Shown piece by piece: positions 47,701-60,974 of a DNA stretch of 64,000 bases. This DNA is from Carcharhinus amblyrhynchos (Eukaryota), in the NCBI GenBank assembly GCA_965287045.1, contig OZ336883.1:15872001-15936000 (forward strand). The letters are read 5' to 3'. The position numbers and the translations under genes are program-made. The first letter of the stretch is position 1. The number at the start of each line of letters is the position of its first letter. Under the pieces are notes generated by a model. That model worked only from the letters and a program-made list of their open reading frames with translations, ran no database searches and was not told where the DNA came from.

Positions 47701-48190
47701 CATATATCTATTCATTCCCTGATATGTATTTACTTCAATGCCACTGGAATTGAAAATTGGGCAGTTGCTCTAATGAGCTCCTGATCTACAACACGAGGCT
47801 TCATAAACAAACAACAAGTTGTGAATCTGTGTTTGCAATGTAGATTCATCACTTACAAGCAAGATAAGAATTCACTTTTCACTCCACCTACCAGATTCCG
47901 TTCTACAGAAGGCGATGTTTCAGTTCACAGGAAGTATGTGCTTGCTTGTGGAAATTTTCCCTTGCAGCTAGCAGATCATTGGGTTGACTGCTCATACAAG
48001 GGTTGTTACTTAAGCATTCAGCAAAACGACCAGATAAGACAAAGGGGAAAGGAGACCCATTCAAAGTGTCAAAATGCTTCTGAAAATGTTTGGATTTTTC
48101 AATATATGGTGTGGAAAATAAGTTTTAAACATAAGTTCAATCATGTCATAGCTTAACATTCACTTTGCTTTTTTTGAATAGTTTCATCAA

Positions 48191-49094
48191 TGTTGTTATT
48201 CAGAGGCCAGGGTCTCTCAGGGAAGTGTTGCAAAGTTGGGTAGAGTAATTGTAGATTGGTGTTGGTAAAATTGTAAAATCCTCAGGAGAAAACATTGCCA
48301 TAGTCCCTTTAAAAGGTGGTGTTTTTCTGTGCTTAGAGAGTTTAAAAAATGCAAGTACATAGGGAGCCCCAAAATGAAACACTTGCATCGAAAGGCTGAG
48401 CAGCAGTTTTTACCAGAGCAGCAAGCTTTTGAATTTAGCCAATCAATTTGAATCAGACACTTAGATACTAAGAACCTATTAAATTTAAATCTGACGGTTT
48501 TGACAACCTAGGACCAATCCTGTTGTGGGAAATATTGATATGTCATCACATATAAAAGAAAGGGGCAGTGGGACAAAAAGAGAGAGCAACTGCTGCCTGC
48601 CAAAGATAACAGCTCACAGCTCTCAAGAGAAAAAGAATCGCTGGCTCTCGTTGTTTCATCTATATCTTAAAGAAAGTGCCATCTAGATGGCAAAGATACC
48701 AAACAAGAAAGAAGTTCCAGACGGAAGAATCAACAAGGAAGGTTCAGGTTATTCCAAAAGACACAAAACCTGGTTGTAATTTAGACAGTGACTAAATTCT
48801 ATTTTTTTGTTAATGAGTGGGAATTGGAACAGCATATTGTTAGAATCTTGTCTTATTCAGGAATAGTTAATAGAAGAGATTTATTCAGTTTATTCATGGT
48901 TTAGTTAATTTAGTCACAGATAAATAAATTGTGGTGATTTTAGAGAGACTTATTTTGTATTTAACCACGAGAAGTATGTGTGAAGTGGTCACACCACTTC
49001 ACACACACTTTTTACAGATTCTAGGGTGAGGTGCTACTCTTTGGGTGTTTCAGTGTTTGTTCTCGGAGGGGGAAGCAACCTCTGCTTTATAACA
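48191..49094 (+). mobile_element. Probable solo LTR
   Basis: TGTT...TATAACA termini, TATAAAA at ~48551, AATAAA at ~48923; no TSD seen. Confidence 0.55.
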
Positions 49095-49511
49095 GAAGCA
49101 TACAACTGATGTGATATTCTTCCCACAATTATCACATAGTCGTTTGAAAAGGATTTGCACAATGCCAGTTTCTGGAATGCCATAGTCCATGCACTCTACC
49201 AGCATGCATCTGTCAAGTAATTGTGTACAAACAGTTCAAAAATAGCCTTCCCACAGGCTATAGCAGTAAATATGAATTTGTTTTTCTTCCCAAACAACTT
49301 CCCAACAAGCCAGACTCTAAACTTTGGAACATTTATTGTGTTAGGTTTGGATCTATTCCAAATCTATTCCAAAGAGCTTATTTTTTCCTTGGAGAGATGG
49401 AACAGGGAAAAGAAATGAGAAGGGGAGGGGTGCGGAAGAGAGTCCACCTAGAGGCAGGAAGAGAAAAGCTGAGAGATACTGGCTGAGATAAGCTGAGTGA
49501 TGGTGAGGGGA

Positions 49512-50112
49512 ACCTTTATTGGACGGGGCATAGAGTATAAAAGTTGGTATATGATGTTGCAGTTATACAGAACATTGGTTAGGCCACATTTGAAATACTG
49601 CGTCCACTTCTGGTCGCCACACTACCAGAAGGACGCAGAGTTTTTGGAGAGAGTGCAGAAAAGGTTTACCAGGGTGTTGCCTGGTACAGAGGGTATTAGC
49701 TCTGAGGTGAGATTGAGTAAACTAGGGTTGTTGTCCTTGGAAAGATGGAGATTAAGGGGTGACCTAATAGAAATTTATAGAACTATGAAGGGCATGGATA
49801 GGGTGAACAGTTGGAAGCTTTTTCCCAGGTCAGAAATGACAAACACGAGGGGGTCACAAGTTCAAGATAAGGGGGCAATGTTCAATGCAGATATGCGGGG
49901 GACGTTTTTGATACAGAGGGTAGTGGGGGCCTAGAATGCACTAGCAAGCAAGGTGGTTGAGGCAGCCACACTAGGATCATTTAAGAGTTATCTAGAAAGC
50001 ACATGAACAGACAGGGAATAGAGAGATACAAACGGATGTCTAGTTAAGAATACATGATCAGTGCAGGCTTGGAGGGCCAAAGGGCCTGTTCTTGTGCTGT
50101 ATTGTTCTTTGT
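49512..50112 (+). mobile_element. CR1 3' end inserted in an L2 fragment (~49400-50290, minus)
   Basis: ORF 49497: GIEYKS..LYRTLVRPHLKYCVHFWSPHYQKD..LERVQKRFTR; L2-like gcatctttaaggagg..ggcagctgaaggcc after it. Confidence 0.9.
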
Positions 50113-50635
50113 TTATGTGGGCAGGGGACAAAAGCTTAGCCAGAGAGGTAGGTCGCAAGGAGCATCTTTAAGGAGGTTTCGTGGTGAGGAGTTTCCAAGT
50201 TTAGGAGCAAGGCAGCTGAAGGCCTGGCTACCAATTTAAGAGATGCTTACAATCTTAGAATTAGGGAAGCACAGATATCCTGGAGACTGCTAGTGTTGTG
50301 ATGTACAGCATGAAAGAAAGAGTTCTTGATGAAGGGGAGGGAAGGAAAACAGTACAGAAAAATTCTTAAAATATCCACGAAATGTGTACAACATTGAGGA
50401 ATGATGCCTCCAAGTTTGAAAGTATCATGTGGTCTTGTGTGTGCCAGAATTTGTGAAGGTGCTTTGTAGGGAGCGAGGGGTGGGGAGGGTGGAGGGGGGC
50501 AGTGGGGGGCGTAGTAATTCTGGACATAGAAATAGGCCATAAGAAGTGTGGAATTGGCTGTCTCAGGTTTTGAAGTATTAGAAATCCACCCATGGTTCTG
50601 GTGGCAGCACTCTTGCCTCTGAGTCAGAATGCTCC

Positions 50636-51008
50636 AGGGCAACGGTGGTGTGATGGTATTGTCACTGTTTTAGTAATCCAGAGACCTAGGGTAATGCTCT
50701 GAGAACTTAGGTTCGAGTCCCATCACAGCAGATGGTGAAATTCAAATTCAGTAAAAAAAAATCTGGAATTGAATGAATTAAACCATTGTTGATTGTCATA
50801 AAAACCCATCTGGTTCACTAATGTCCTTCAGGGAAGGAAATCTATTATCCTTGGCCTACATGTGACTCCAGGCTCACAGCAAAGTGCTTGACTCTTAACT
50901 GCCCTCTGAAATGGCCTAGCAAGCCATTCAGTTCAAGGGGCAATTAGGGATGGGCAGCAAATACTGGCCTTGACAGTGACATTCCCATCCTATGAGCAGT
51001 TAAAAAAA
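50636..51008 (+). mobile_element. SINE family B nested in a DeuSINE head (50595-50633 and 51010-51030)
   Basis: gcactcttgcctctgagtcagaa before and gagtcccactccag after are contiguous in the DeuSINE head. Confidence 0.8.
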
Positions 51009-52834
51009 AGGTTGAGTCCCACTCCAGGACTGGTCAGCCATAGAAGAAGCCAGTCACTTGTACTAGCCAACCAGTGCATTATTGGTGCCTGTTCCCAGAT
51101 AAATGTGGAGCGATAGTGGTATCCAACTAAATCCAAAAATGATGGTGATATACATGAGGAAGAGTGGTCAATCAGCATTGTAGCAACCCTGTACAGGTTG
51201 GGAGTGTCAGACACGGATGTGGCAGTGAAGAGTTACAGGGCCTGACTGAGGTGCTGGAACATTGGACTGGGATGCAGGAATTTAAGTTAACATGGAGGTG
51301 GATTCAGGAATGGATATACTGAGAGCAAGGCTGTGAAATGTAGGGATACTGGGGAGCTTAAAGTGCCTTTCTGATAAAGTGGGTTCCTTTTAAAAGTCGG
51401 GAAGGCTGGATGAAGGGTCCTGAGTCGCAATGGCGATTGTCGGAAAGAGTAAGTGGAATAAACTTGAACAAAGATCATTCCTATAAGCTGGAGTGGAACT
51501 TTGAATCACTCATCAAAGTGCTACTGAAGTATCCTTCAATCAAAAATTGAGGACATCTTTCAGTCAATTATCTCTTAGTCGTTCATTCAGGTAATTGAAT
51601 TTACATTTATGAATTGGACTTGATCGTGAAAAAGGATGGTTGGAAAAAGAATTCTTTTCTTCAGGCCTCATCTAATCAGAAAAGTAGATAAGCATAATTA
51701 TTTTCTGACATGAATTAAATATAGACTGTGCTTCCTATTTATGAAGAAAATACAATTTTCCTAGATAGATTTAAGGAAATTGGAAATACAGTATTTGAGT
51801 TTGGCAAGGTCTAAACCCTTAACAATTTCATACATTTTTCATAACTTAATTAGGGGGCAAGTATGATTTTTAGATTTCAAAGATGTTTGCGCAGACCACT
51901 GGGTACGTGTAGCGTTTGACCATGCGGCATTTGACCGAGTGAGACTTGATCACGTGATACTTGCTCGCAGTTTGAAGGCGGTATTGCATTTTTCTTCTCA
52001 AGGCTGCATCCCCTGTGGCTGAGAATCTTGGCTCGCAGCTTAATGCCAGTAGGTGCTTTGCAAGATGCTCCAAGAGGCAGGAGGCCACCCACGAGCAGAC
52101 GAAGCAAATACGCGGGCACAAAACACGAGTGCGAGTTGCGAAAGCGAAGTGCCAGTTCTACTTTTATTTCGGGTTGCTAGCAGCAGTGTCGATCAGATTA
52201 ACCTCCCATCTTTGCAGTGCCCCAGGCAATGGGGGAGGATTGGCAACCTGATCTCACCCCTCATGGCTACTCCCCCATCTTTTATCAAATCTTAGCTTGT
52301 TCTTGACAGAATCAACATAACACTATGATTTAGTTATTATTTTTCAGGTCGTGCATTCCAATTTATTGCAAAGAACAGGATTCCACTGCATTTAATTCAA
52401 TTTGTGAAGCAAATAATAGTTAACTGCCAAGAAATCTCTTGTACAGTATTTGTTGGCAAAGATGTTTTCGACTCCTCCTGATTGAACTCAGACTTGTACT
52501 CCAGTATGTGTGAGAATTACTTCATTAACAAACATAGGGAATAGAAAGAACCTCCTCAGATTACCTATAAAGTGCAACATTGACATCAAAACATCATTAT
52601 CGAACATTGAGTGTAACCAATTTAGATTCCACTTAACAAATGATTCCAGTGCCAAAACATGTTAAACCCGAGATAGTAGACACCTTTCTCTCATTTCCCT
52701 GTCAAAGTTAAAGAGAAATGAGATAACAAGTCATGAGTGCTGCAGGATTAGATTTATGACAGTCTTCGAACCAAGTACCGAAACTGGGGCCAAGACCTAA
52801 ACTAACATTCAAAAAAATTGTCATTTAACTCAAA

Positions 52835-53070
52835 GTTTATTTATTTATTAATCACAAGTAAGGTTTACATTAACACTGCAATGAAGTTACTGTGAAACTC
52901 CCCTAGTCGTCACACTCCGGCACCTGTTCAGATCAATGATTTTCAGAATGTGAGAGGAAACTGGAGCATCTAGAGGAAACCCACGCAGGCAGTAACCCAA
53001 GCCAGGGATCCAACACAAGTCCCTGGCACCGTGAGGCAGCAGTGCTTACCATTGTGCCACCGTGTTGCCC
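52835..53070 (-). mobile_element. V-SINE tail-2 (deleted variant)
   Basis: Tail, core and head blocks present. Confidence 0.85.
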
Positions 53071-53276
53071 CCAACCATTGAATCATAATGATCGACAGTC
53101 TCCCTGTGCACTGACACATCAGCTTTAAAATTCACAAGTTTCTTCATAGCTTTTCCTCTCCCAATCACTGTAACTTTCTCCAACTCTGCAACTCTCCAAG
53201 AACCAAGAAGAGAAAATCTGAAGAAATTGTAAATGAGGATTCCAAGTTATGTCACAAACATACCAGCGAAAAGAAT

Positions 53277-53555
53277 ATAGTAGCATGGCCCTTTAATGGG
53301 GGAGACATTTTCCAACAGCCACATGTTTGGTGAGGACCCTACGGATCATCCCGGCAGGAAGCTGAGCCAATCACCAGGAGGGTGCAGACCACGGGTCGAG
53401 GAGGAACTTGCAGTTGGCATCATAGAGTCGAGTAGAGCAGTCACATCATAGTTTAGTCTGTACTTGAATACATCTTATTTTTCATTTGGCAAAAAAGTCA
53501 ATTGTCGATTCAAGCCACATCACATCATCCCCGATCTATTACATTGGCAATGAGG
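53277..53555 (+). mobile_element. LTR plus PBS remnant
   Basis: Ends ...ctattACA at 53543, followed by tggcaatgagg (decayed TGGCGACGAG-type Gypsy PBS). Confidence 0.5.
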
Positions 53556-53954
53556 CAAAACATCAAGGTTGTACAAAGAGGATTAGAGAATATGAGGTGG
53601 AACTCCTAAGAGGAAGTGGTGAGTTCGAAGAGGGTATACAGCAATTACAGAGTATACTCAAAACTATTCAGTTAGAGTGTACAGAAGACAGAAAGACACT
53701 GGGTAGAAATGTTGATAGCTAAAAGATATCATAATTGATTAATTGTAAATTATTAGAGAACACAGTTGAATTATAGGAAAACCAAATACCCAAGGAAGAA
53801 ATAATCGAGGGCACAGCAATTTTAGATGAGGTTTATTGTGAATGGCTGTACACAGAACTGGAGAATGACCAGCGTAATGCACATTTTCAGAAAAAGGGAT
53901 AGCAAGCCAAACAGCAGCAAATGCAGGAGAGAATCAGTAAGTAATGTGAAGGTT

Positions 53955-54305
53955 TTTTTTTATTTATTCATTTTTACAAGATGTGGTGTCGTTGGCTGGG
54001 CCAGTATTTATTGCCCATCCCGACTTGCCCTCCATTTCAGAAGACATTCAGAGTCAGACATATCGCTGTGGTTCTGGGGTCACATATAGGCCAGACCAGG
54101 TACAGACAGCAGACTTCCTTCTCTGAAGGTTATTAGTGAACGAGATGGGTGCTTCCAACAATGGTTTCATTAATTCCAGATTTATTTTTATTGAATTTAC
54201 ATTTCAACATCTGCCACAGTGGGATTTGAACCCAGATCCCTAGAGCATTATGCTGGGTCTCTAGATTGCTAGTGCAATGATAATTCCATTCTGCCACAGC
54301 CTCCT
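53955..54305 (-). mobile_element. SINE family B
   Basis: Reverse full-length copy. Confidence 0.85.
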
Positions 54306-54666
54306 CAGATGAGTAACCACTTCTTTTTTTCAGACTAGGCACTGAAGGAGCACAGAGCCAAGATGGCAGAGTGGACAGGGAAGCTATAAGGAAAAGCAAT
54401 ATGGCATTTTTTTTAAAACTGAAATGAAATATTAAAATCTGCATCTCTGCACTGGCTGAGAACATGAGATGAAATCATACTATTTCCTGATAATGCCAAC
54501 CATTCCACAGGCCATCGCAAGCAAAGGAAGCTAGCATGGGCTCGGGAGTGGGGTAGCAAGGAGGGTCACAAACAGGAAACAATAAGCGTTTCAGCAATCG
54601 GGAAGAGCTCAGGAAGGTTCTGAGTGGAGGCTAAGAAAGCCCACAGATGATATTGTGTGAAAGCAA

Positions 54667-54968
54667 GAATCATAGAATCGTTCAATCCCTGCAGTGCAGG
54701 AGCCTATACTAACAACAATCCCTATCTATCCCCATGGATCCATGCATTTACCCTGCCAATCCCCCTGACACGAAGGGACAATTTAACATGGCCAATCAAG
54801 CTAACCTGCACATCTTAGACTGAGGGAGGAAACCAGGGCATCTGGAGGAAGCCCATGCAGATACAGGGAAAAGGCGCAAACTCCACACAGACAGCCAGCC
54901 AGCCAAAACTGGAATGCAACCCAGGTCCCTGGCACTTTGAGGCAGCAGTGCTAACCACTGTGCCACTA
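54667..54968 (-). mobile_element. HE1-like V-SINE
   Basis: gaatcatagaatc tail and reverse head. Confidence 0.85.
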
Positions 54969-55904
54969 TTGTTGCCCCATATTCTGAGACTGGGAGTGAG
55001 CTGGGTACACACACGCCCTGCCTTCCTCCTCTGCCCTCCCCAAAATCCTATCCAGCAAGCTGGCCAGGAGAAGAGGGAAGGCAATCTGCTTCCAACTCTT
55101 GTTTTCATATGAAATTTGTTGAGGTCAGCAAGGTCAGCTAGTTCAACCCAATTCCTTAGCTTGGGCCTGGTCCCCACACTTCTCCTGGTGGTCAGGACTT
55201 GGGGTCTAGCCTGTCTCTCTCGAGCTCTGCTCCTGAAACGAAAGGGCACAAAAGGTTTTATTAGTGAACACTGCTGCACGGCACTTTTTAATGGACATTT
55301 TTATCAATGATCCTTTTTCAAATTATCAATTTATTGCTTTGACATTGATTTATTTCTGAATCTGATGTTGGATATTGTGTCTAACCCTTTCTTACCAAAA
55401 CTTGTTCATTGGCCCCTTGAGTGAGAGAAGAATTCAAATGCGAACCCCACGCCCCACTCTCACCCCCTCATCCTCCCTTTCAACATGAGAAGGTTGGATA
55501 AGCCTGGGTTAACATCCGTGGGATGGAAAATGTTAGCATCTTTAATTAAGGGTGGAAATTACTAAATATATAGAGGGAGCAAAAATAATTAGCAGAAGTC
55601 AAAATGAGTTTCAGAAAGAAAGATTGTGCTTGGTGAATCTGCCTTTGAGAAGATTACAGCTGTGTTGAAAAAGGGAAATTGTAATGGATCGCACATTCCG
55701 ACATCACTTGATACAGAACCACGCAGGAGACTACCAAAGAAAATGAAAGGGCATGGAGTTAGCAAACTGGATTAGAGACTGCCGTGAATGAAGAAAACAG
55801 ACAGTGTGGACTAAATTTGTTCATGGGCTTCAGGACTCCAGCAACTCAACCATCTAGGTGCCCTGCACCAGCCATTGCTGGCTACATGCCTCAAAACACA
55901 ACCT

Positions 55905-56290
55905 TGATTTGATTTGATTTATTATTGTCACATGCATTTGTATACAGTGAAAAGTATTGTTTCTTGCGCGCTATACAGACAAAGCATAACATTCATAGAG
56001 AATGAAAGGAGAGAGTGCAAAATGTAATGTTACAGTCATAGCTAGGGTGCAGAGAAAGATTAACAGTGCAAGGTAGGTCCATTCAAAACTTTGAAAGCAG
56101 CAGGGAAGGAGCTGTTCTTGAGTCAGTTGGTACGTGACCTCAGACTTTTGTATCTTTTTCCCGACAGAAGAAGGTGGAAAAGAGAATGCCCAGGGTGCAT
56201 GGGGTCCTTAATTATGCTGGCTGCTTTGCCAAGGCAGTGGAAAGTGTAGGCAGAGTCAGTGGATGGGAGGCTGGTTTGTGTGATGGGGAC
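55905..56290 (-). mobile_element. Rex1/Babar LINE 3' end
   Basis: Reverse complement closely matches 18445-18825; (ttgat)n tail. Confidence 0.88.
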
Positions 56291-56339
56291 AGCCTGTTGA
56301 GGTCAGCAAACAGGCTTCCAAAACTGCTGACATAATGAA

Positions 56340-57250
56340 ATTGTGTTAGGATCCTTGGTGAGTTGCTTCAGTGTATTTTTTTGATGTACACACTGCTGCC
56401 ACTGTTTGTCAGTGCTGGAGAGAGTGGTAGATATTTGTGGAAGAGATGCCAATCAAAGGGGTTGCTTTGTCCCAGAAGGTGTTGAGTTTCTTGAGCGCCG
56501 TTGAAGTTACGTTCTTCCAGACAAGTGGAGAGTATTCCATCAAATTCTTGAATTATGCCTTGTAGATGGTAGACAGGCTTTGGGAGTCAGGAGGGGAATT
56601 ACTCACCCCAGGACTCCTAGCCTCTGGCCTGCTCTTGTAGCCACAGTATTTACATAGCTAGTCCAGTTCAGTTTCTGGTCAATAGTAACCCCCAAGACAT
56701 TGATAGTGGGGGATTCAGCAATGGTAATGCTATTGAATGTCAAGGGTGATGTTAGGTTATCTCTTAAGGTAGAGTTTATTTATTTATTAGTCACAAGTAA
56801 GACTTACATTAACACTGCAATGAAGTTATTGTGAAATTCCACACTGCGGGTCAATGCACCTAACCAGTATGTCTTTCAAACTGTGGGAGGAAACCAGAGC
56901 ACCCAAAGCAAACCCACGCAGTTACACGGGGAGAACGTGGAAACTCCACACAGACGGTGATCCAAGCTGGGAATCGAACCCAGGTCTTCTAGCGCTGTGA
57001 GGCAGCAGTACTAACCACTGTGTCACCGTGCCACCATCTCTTGTTGGAGATGGCCATTTCCTCGTACTTGTCAGCCCAAGCCTGGATATTATCCCATTCT
57101 TGTTGCATGTGGACATGGGCTATTTCAGTATCTGATGAGCAATGAATGGCACTGAACATTGTACAGTCATCGACAAACATCCCCATTTCAGGCCTTATGA
57201 TGGAAGGAAGGTAATTGATGTCACAGCTGAAGATGGTTGGACTTCGGACA
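56340..57250 (-). mobile_element. Second CR1-group LINE RT fragment with a nested V-SINE (56773-57035)
   Basis: MGMFVDDCTMFSAI..MQQEWDNIQAWADK RT motif; SINE flanked by an atctctt repeat. Confidence 0.85.
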
Positions 57251-58174
57251 CAGTGGAACCCTAACGCAATAGAAAAGGCGCAGTACAGATTGACTGGATT
57301 GACCCTCCAATAAATGTGTGAAAAAAAGACTTGGAAAAATCAGAATTGTTTTTGTCAGAACTGAGGAGAATATTCAGTAATATGATGAAGCTACTAAAAG
57401 TTATGAAAGATTACAAAAACAGAGGGATGTGAGGCTGCTAATCACATTGCCGGAGTTAATGATTGAAGAATAGGTTAGGTAGGTGAATGAAAGGAAGAAT
57501 AATAAAGAGATATGGAACAAGATTGGGTGAGTGGCACTGGGACTATTACTAATGTGGAGAGTAAAACCCAATATAGCCAAAAGCAACTCCATGTTGTAAT
57601 TTCTATGAAATTTTACATTTATTATACACAGGATTTTAGTTGTTTAAAAATTATTATTTTTGGAGTATCTTTAAAAAATATTTCTCCCTACTATTTTAAA
57701 GTTGAGACTTGCTTCAACTTCATATTTGCTTGAAATACTGGGAGATATATTGAGAAGCATATTCAACACAGGCCACAGATATTCATTTCACTCCTCAGGG
57801 CTTTGTCTTTTCAAATACTATCTATGGTTGGCTTGATTTCATGTGTTCTCAAATATTGACTTAGCTTATCCTATATTTTTATATTTGCTCCCTTCTATGA
57901 ACATCATATATTTACATTATTTTGAATTAGGAATGTCCAATTTTGAGACTGAAATAAGTATTCAGCATTATTGCTGGTACATGGTGGAGTATAACCAAGT
58001 GGAAGCTAGCTTCAGCAGGTGCGTGAAATTCCTACAATGTTTGTCGGATCAATTCTTGATCTCCTCACATTCCTCACCCCAGGTCGACATGAGGATGAAG
58101 CTTTATCACCATCCCCACCACCCCCTCCCACCTACCCCCACCACCCCAGTTTGCTTTCCTCCTCCAAATAAAAC

Positions 58175-58490
58175 AGCATAGCACAAAGAATAAAGAAAAG
58201 TAAGGCCCAGGAACAGGCCTTTTGGCCCTCCAGCCTGTGCCAATCATGATACCCTAACTAAATTTTAAAAAAAACCTACTGCCCTTACTTGGTCATATCC
58301 CTCTATTCACTTCCTATTCTTGTACCCATCCAAATACCTCTTAAATGTTGCTAATGTGCCTGCTTCCACTAACCCCTCTGGTAGTGTGTTCCAGGCGCCC
58401 ACCACTCTCTGTGTGAAAAGTTTCCCCTGCACATCTCCCTTAAGCTCCCCCCCTCACCTTGAACCTGTGCCTTCTTGTAGTTGACCTTGT
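58175..58490 (-). mobile_element. CR1 3' tail
   Basis: aggaacaggccttttggccctc..ttccaggcgcccaccactctctgtgtgaaaa. Confidence 0.8.
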
Positions 58491-58744
58491 AGTTAACTAC
58501 AAATGAAAAGTGTTTGAATGTTCTGCTGATGTACAGTTCCACAGGAAATCCTTTTTTTTGGCATCTTCACATTGTTCATATGTGATTCTTCGCAGCGAGT
58601 TCTGGTCAGCTATGGTCACATGATGTCCTGCCCCACCCCAGCATCCACACATATGCAATTCTAGAAGGGGTGGTGTCAGCAATGAGATAAAAACAGAAAC
58701 CAGACATGATTTCCCTTGTCATACTCAAAAGACCCCTCCCATGC

Positions 58745-59030
58745 ACAACTTCAGACTAAAGGGATGATCCTTTAAACCTGAGATGAGGAGGAATTCCTTC
58801 AGCCAGAGAGTGATGAATCTGTGGAACTCTTTGCCTCAGAAGGCTGTGCAGGCCAGATCATTGAGTGTCTTTAAGACAGAGATAGGTAGGTTCTTGATTA
58901 ATAAGAGATCAGGGGTTAAGGGGGAAAGGCAGGAGAATGGGGATGAGAAAAATATCAAGCATGATTGAATGGCGGAGCAGACTCGATGGGCCAAGTGGCC
59001 TAATTCTGCTTCTATGTCTAATGGTCTTAA
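58745..59030 (+). mobile_element. CR1 3' end
   Basis: MRRNSFSQRVMNLWNSLPQKAV; same subfamily as 4388 and 36352. Confidence 0.9.
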
Positions 59031-59537
59031 GTCTGGCCTTCAATCAGCAAACTCAGCACAGATTAGCCGCTCAGCCTGACAGCTTTTCCATTTGTAAGGC
59101 TCAGACGTGGTGGGATACGATGTGAGCCATCGGAACACCAATCTTATTCTTCCATTTTGGCACAAGAATGAGGTTCAATGGCCACAGCAATTAAGCATGC
59201 AGCAATCGGAATAGGTAATTATCAAGTGTAAAAACTCCTTTTGATAGCCATAGTCATATAGCACAGAAAGGGCCCTTTAGCCCATTGAATGCGCACCGAC
59301 AATAACTACCATTAAAGGCACGCTAATCCCATTTTCCTGCACTTGTCCCACACCCTTGAATGTTGTATTTCAAGTGTGTCTGCTACTATTGTTTGTAAAA
59401 AAGGATATATATTGCATATATGAATCTGCATTATATCTTTATAGAAAAAGTAGGGCTGGAAAACAGAAATATTTCTGATACTGTTTTGTTTGTCCTTTGA
59501 GGCACAAATGACTATGTCCATCATCTGAGGTACTTAC

Positions 59538-59775
59538 AAATCTGAAACAAAAACAGGAAATGTGGAAGATCTCAGCAGGTCTGACAGCATCTGTAGAGAG
59601 AGAATAGAGCCAACTGCCAGAATTTTACTGTCCCGCCCACCACAGAATCGGAGCGGATGAGGGGCGGACGATGGAAATATTCACTGACCTCAGGCGGGAA
59701 CTTCTGGTCTTGTTCAAGCAAGGCCATAAAATCCCACCCAATGTTTCAAGCCTGGATGACCCTTCATCAGAGCTC
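59538..59775 (-). mobile_element. PLE family-2 tail with hammerhead motif, interrupted by a MITE (59613-59739)
   Basis: Reverse complement reads gagctctgatgaagggtcatccaggcttgaaacatt-[MITE]-ggctctattctc. Confidence 0.72.
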
Positions 59776-60147
59776 AGAGTTCTGATGGGTACCTAGGTAA
59801 CTGCCAAGTCCAAACTGTGCCCAAAAGATCTTGCTGTATATACGGCAGCATGCCACAGTTTTGAGTGAACTGCTGGTTTGGGATTTCCTCACCTTACGTT
59901 TTCTCTCTGCCTCTGATATGCACTTGCTTTCGATGGAGGCCTTACCATTTTATATTTCTTTGCAGCAATCCAGGGCAGGCTTTTCCTAGGAAATGGGTTC
60001 ACTATCAAAGATCCCAAACACGGCTTTCAGAGTATTCTTGTAGTCTCTCCTTCATGTCTGATGTGAGAATACATCCCAAATTTAAACTATCCAAAGAAGG
60101 TTCACTTTGGTAAGCAAGTGTCAGACATTCTGGATATGTAACCAGCC

Positions 60148-60343
60148 TGTTACATTTTTGCATTGATTCTTATTGGCTCTGGTGAAGTTCTGTTGTAATG
60201 ACATGTTCCCCAGAGGTGACGTGTGGATTTTAGCAGAAGAAGCAAAGAGAGAAGAAGCAGTCATATAAGTGTAAGCACAGTAAATAAAGCTCTGCTGTTT
60301 TTAACCTCTGTGCTTCCTCATAGTACATCTCCAAAACACAACA
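60148..60343 (+). mobile_element. Solo LTR (196 bp) with 5-bp TSD
   Basis: TGTT...AACA termini, AATAAA at ~60283, CAGCC at 60143-60147 and 60344-60348. Confidence 0.75.
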
Positions 60344-60409
60344 CAGCCCGATTCAATATTGCCGTAACACTGACACGTGTGTCCCAAATGCCTGTTGTAA
60401 CAGAAAAAA

Positions 60410-60570
60410 AAAGAACACTGCATTTATAAAGCACCCTTCACAACCTATGGATGTCTCAGTGCACACCAAAGGCAATAAGTACTGCGGTAATTTCGTTAAT
60501 TAGGTAACCAATTTGCACACAGCAATCTCCTGCCAACAGCAATGTGATAATGACTAGAAAATCTGTTCTT
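60410..60570 (-). mobile_element. DeuSINE 3' half
   Basis: tgcatttataaagcac...ccaatttgcacacagcaa..aacagcaatgtgataatgac. Confidence 0.6.
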
Positions 60571-60974
60571 CTGTAGACGGACAAAGCTTGATGGATTGGC
60601 TTTCCATTTCAGAATGCTTTCCATTCTACTAGGCAATATATTCATCGCTCACCAGGAAAGGCTAACACAGCACACAGCGGAAACGGGAGTCAAATAAATT
60701 GTTCCTGAAGAGAGAAGGGATTGAAAAATGCGATGAGGATGTTGGGTGAGTGTGATTGATCCTTGAAAGAGTAGGGGCTTCTTTGGCTGAACGTTTTCCC
60801 ATTTCTATAACTAGGTGGTGAAAGCTTGAAGTATCACCATCTCTTCAAGCGTCAGCTTCAATGGCAGATCATCAGAGGTCTAAAAGACATAATTTAAAAA
60901 TAATTTTTCTCTCCTGCTTCGCTCGCTCCATTTCTTTAAGATGTTTACAAGTAGTTTTCTATGCTCAAGTTTCC

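Noticed and set aside
48678-48693. Palindrome tgccatctagatggca as a CTCF or other regulatory site
   Set aside because: Short, inside a probable LTR, and an imperfect fit to the CTCF core spacing
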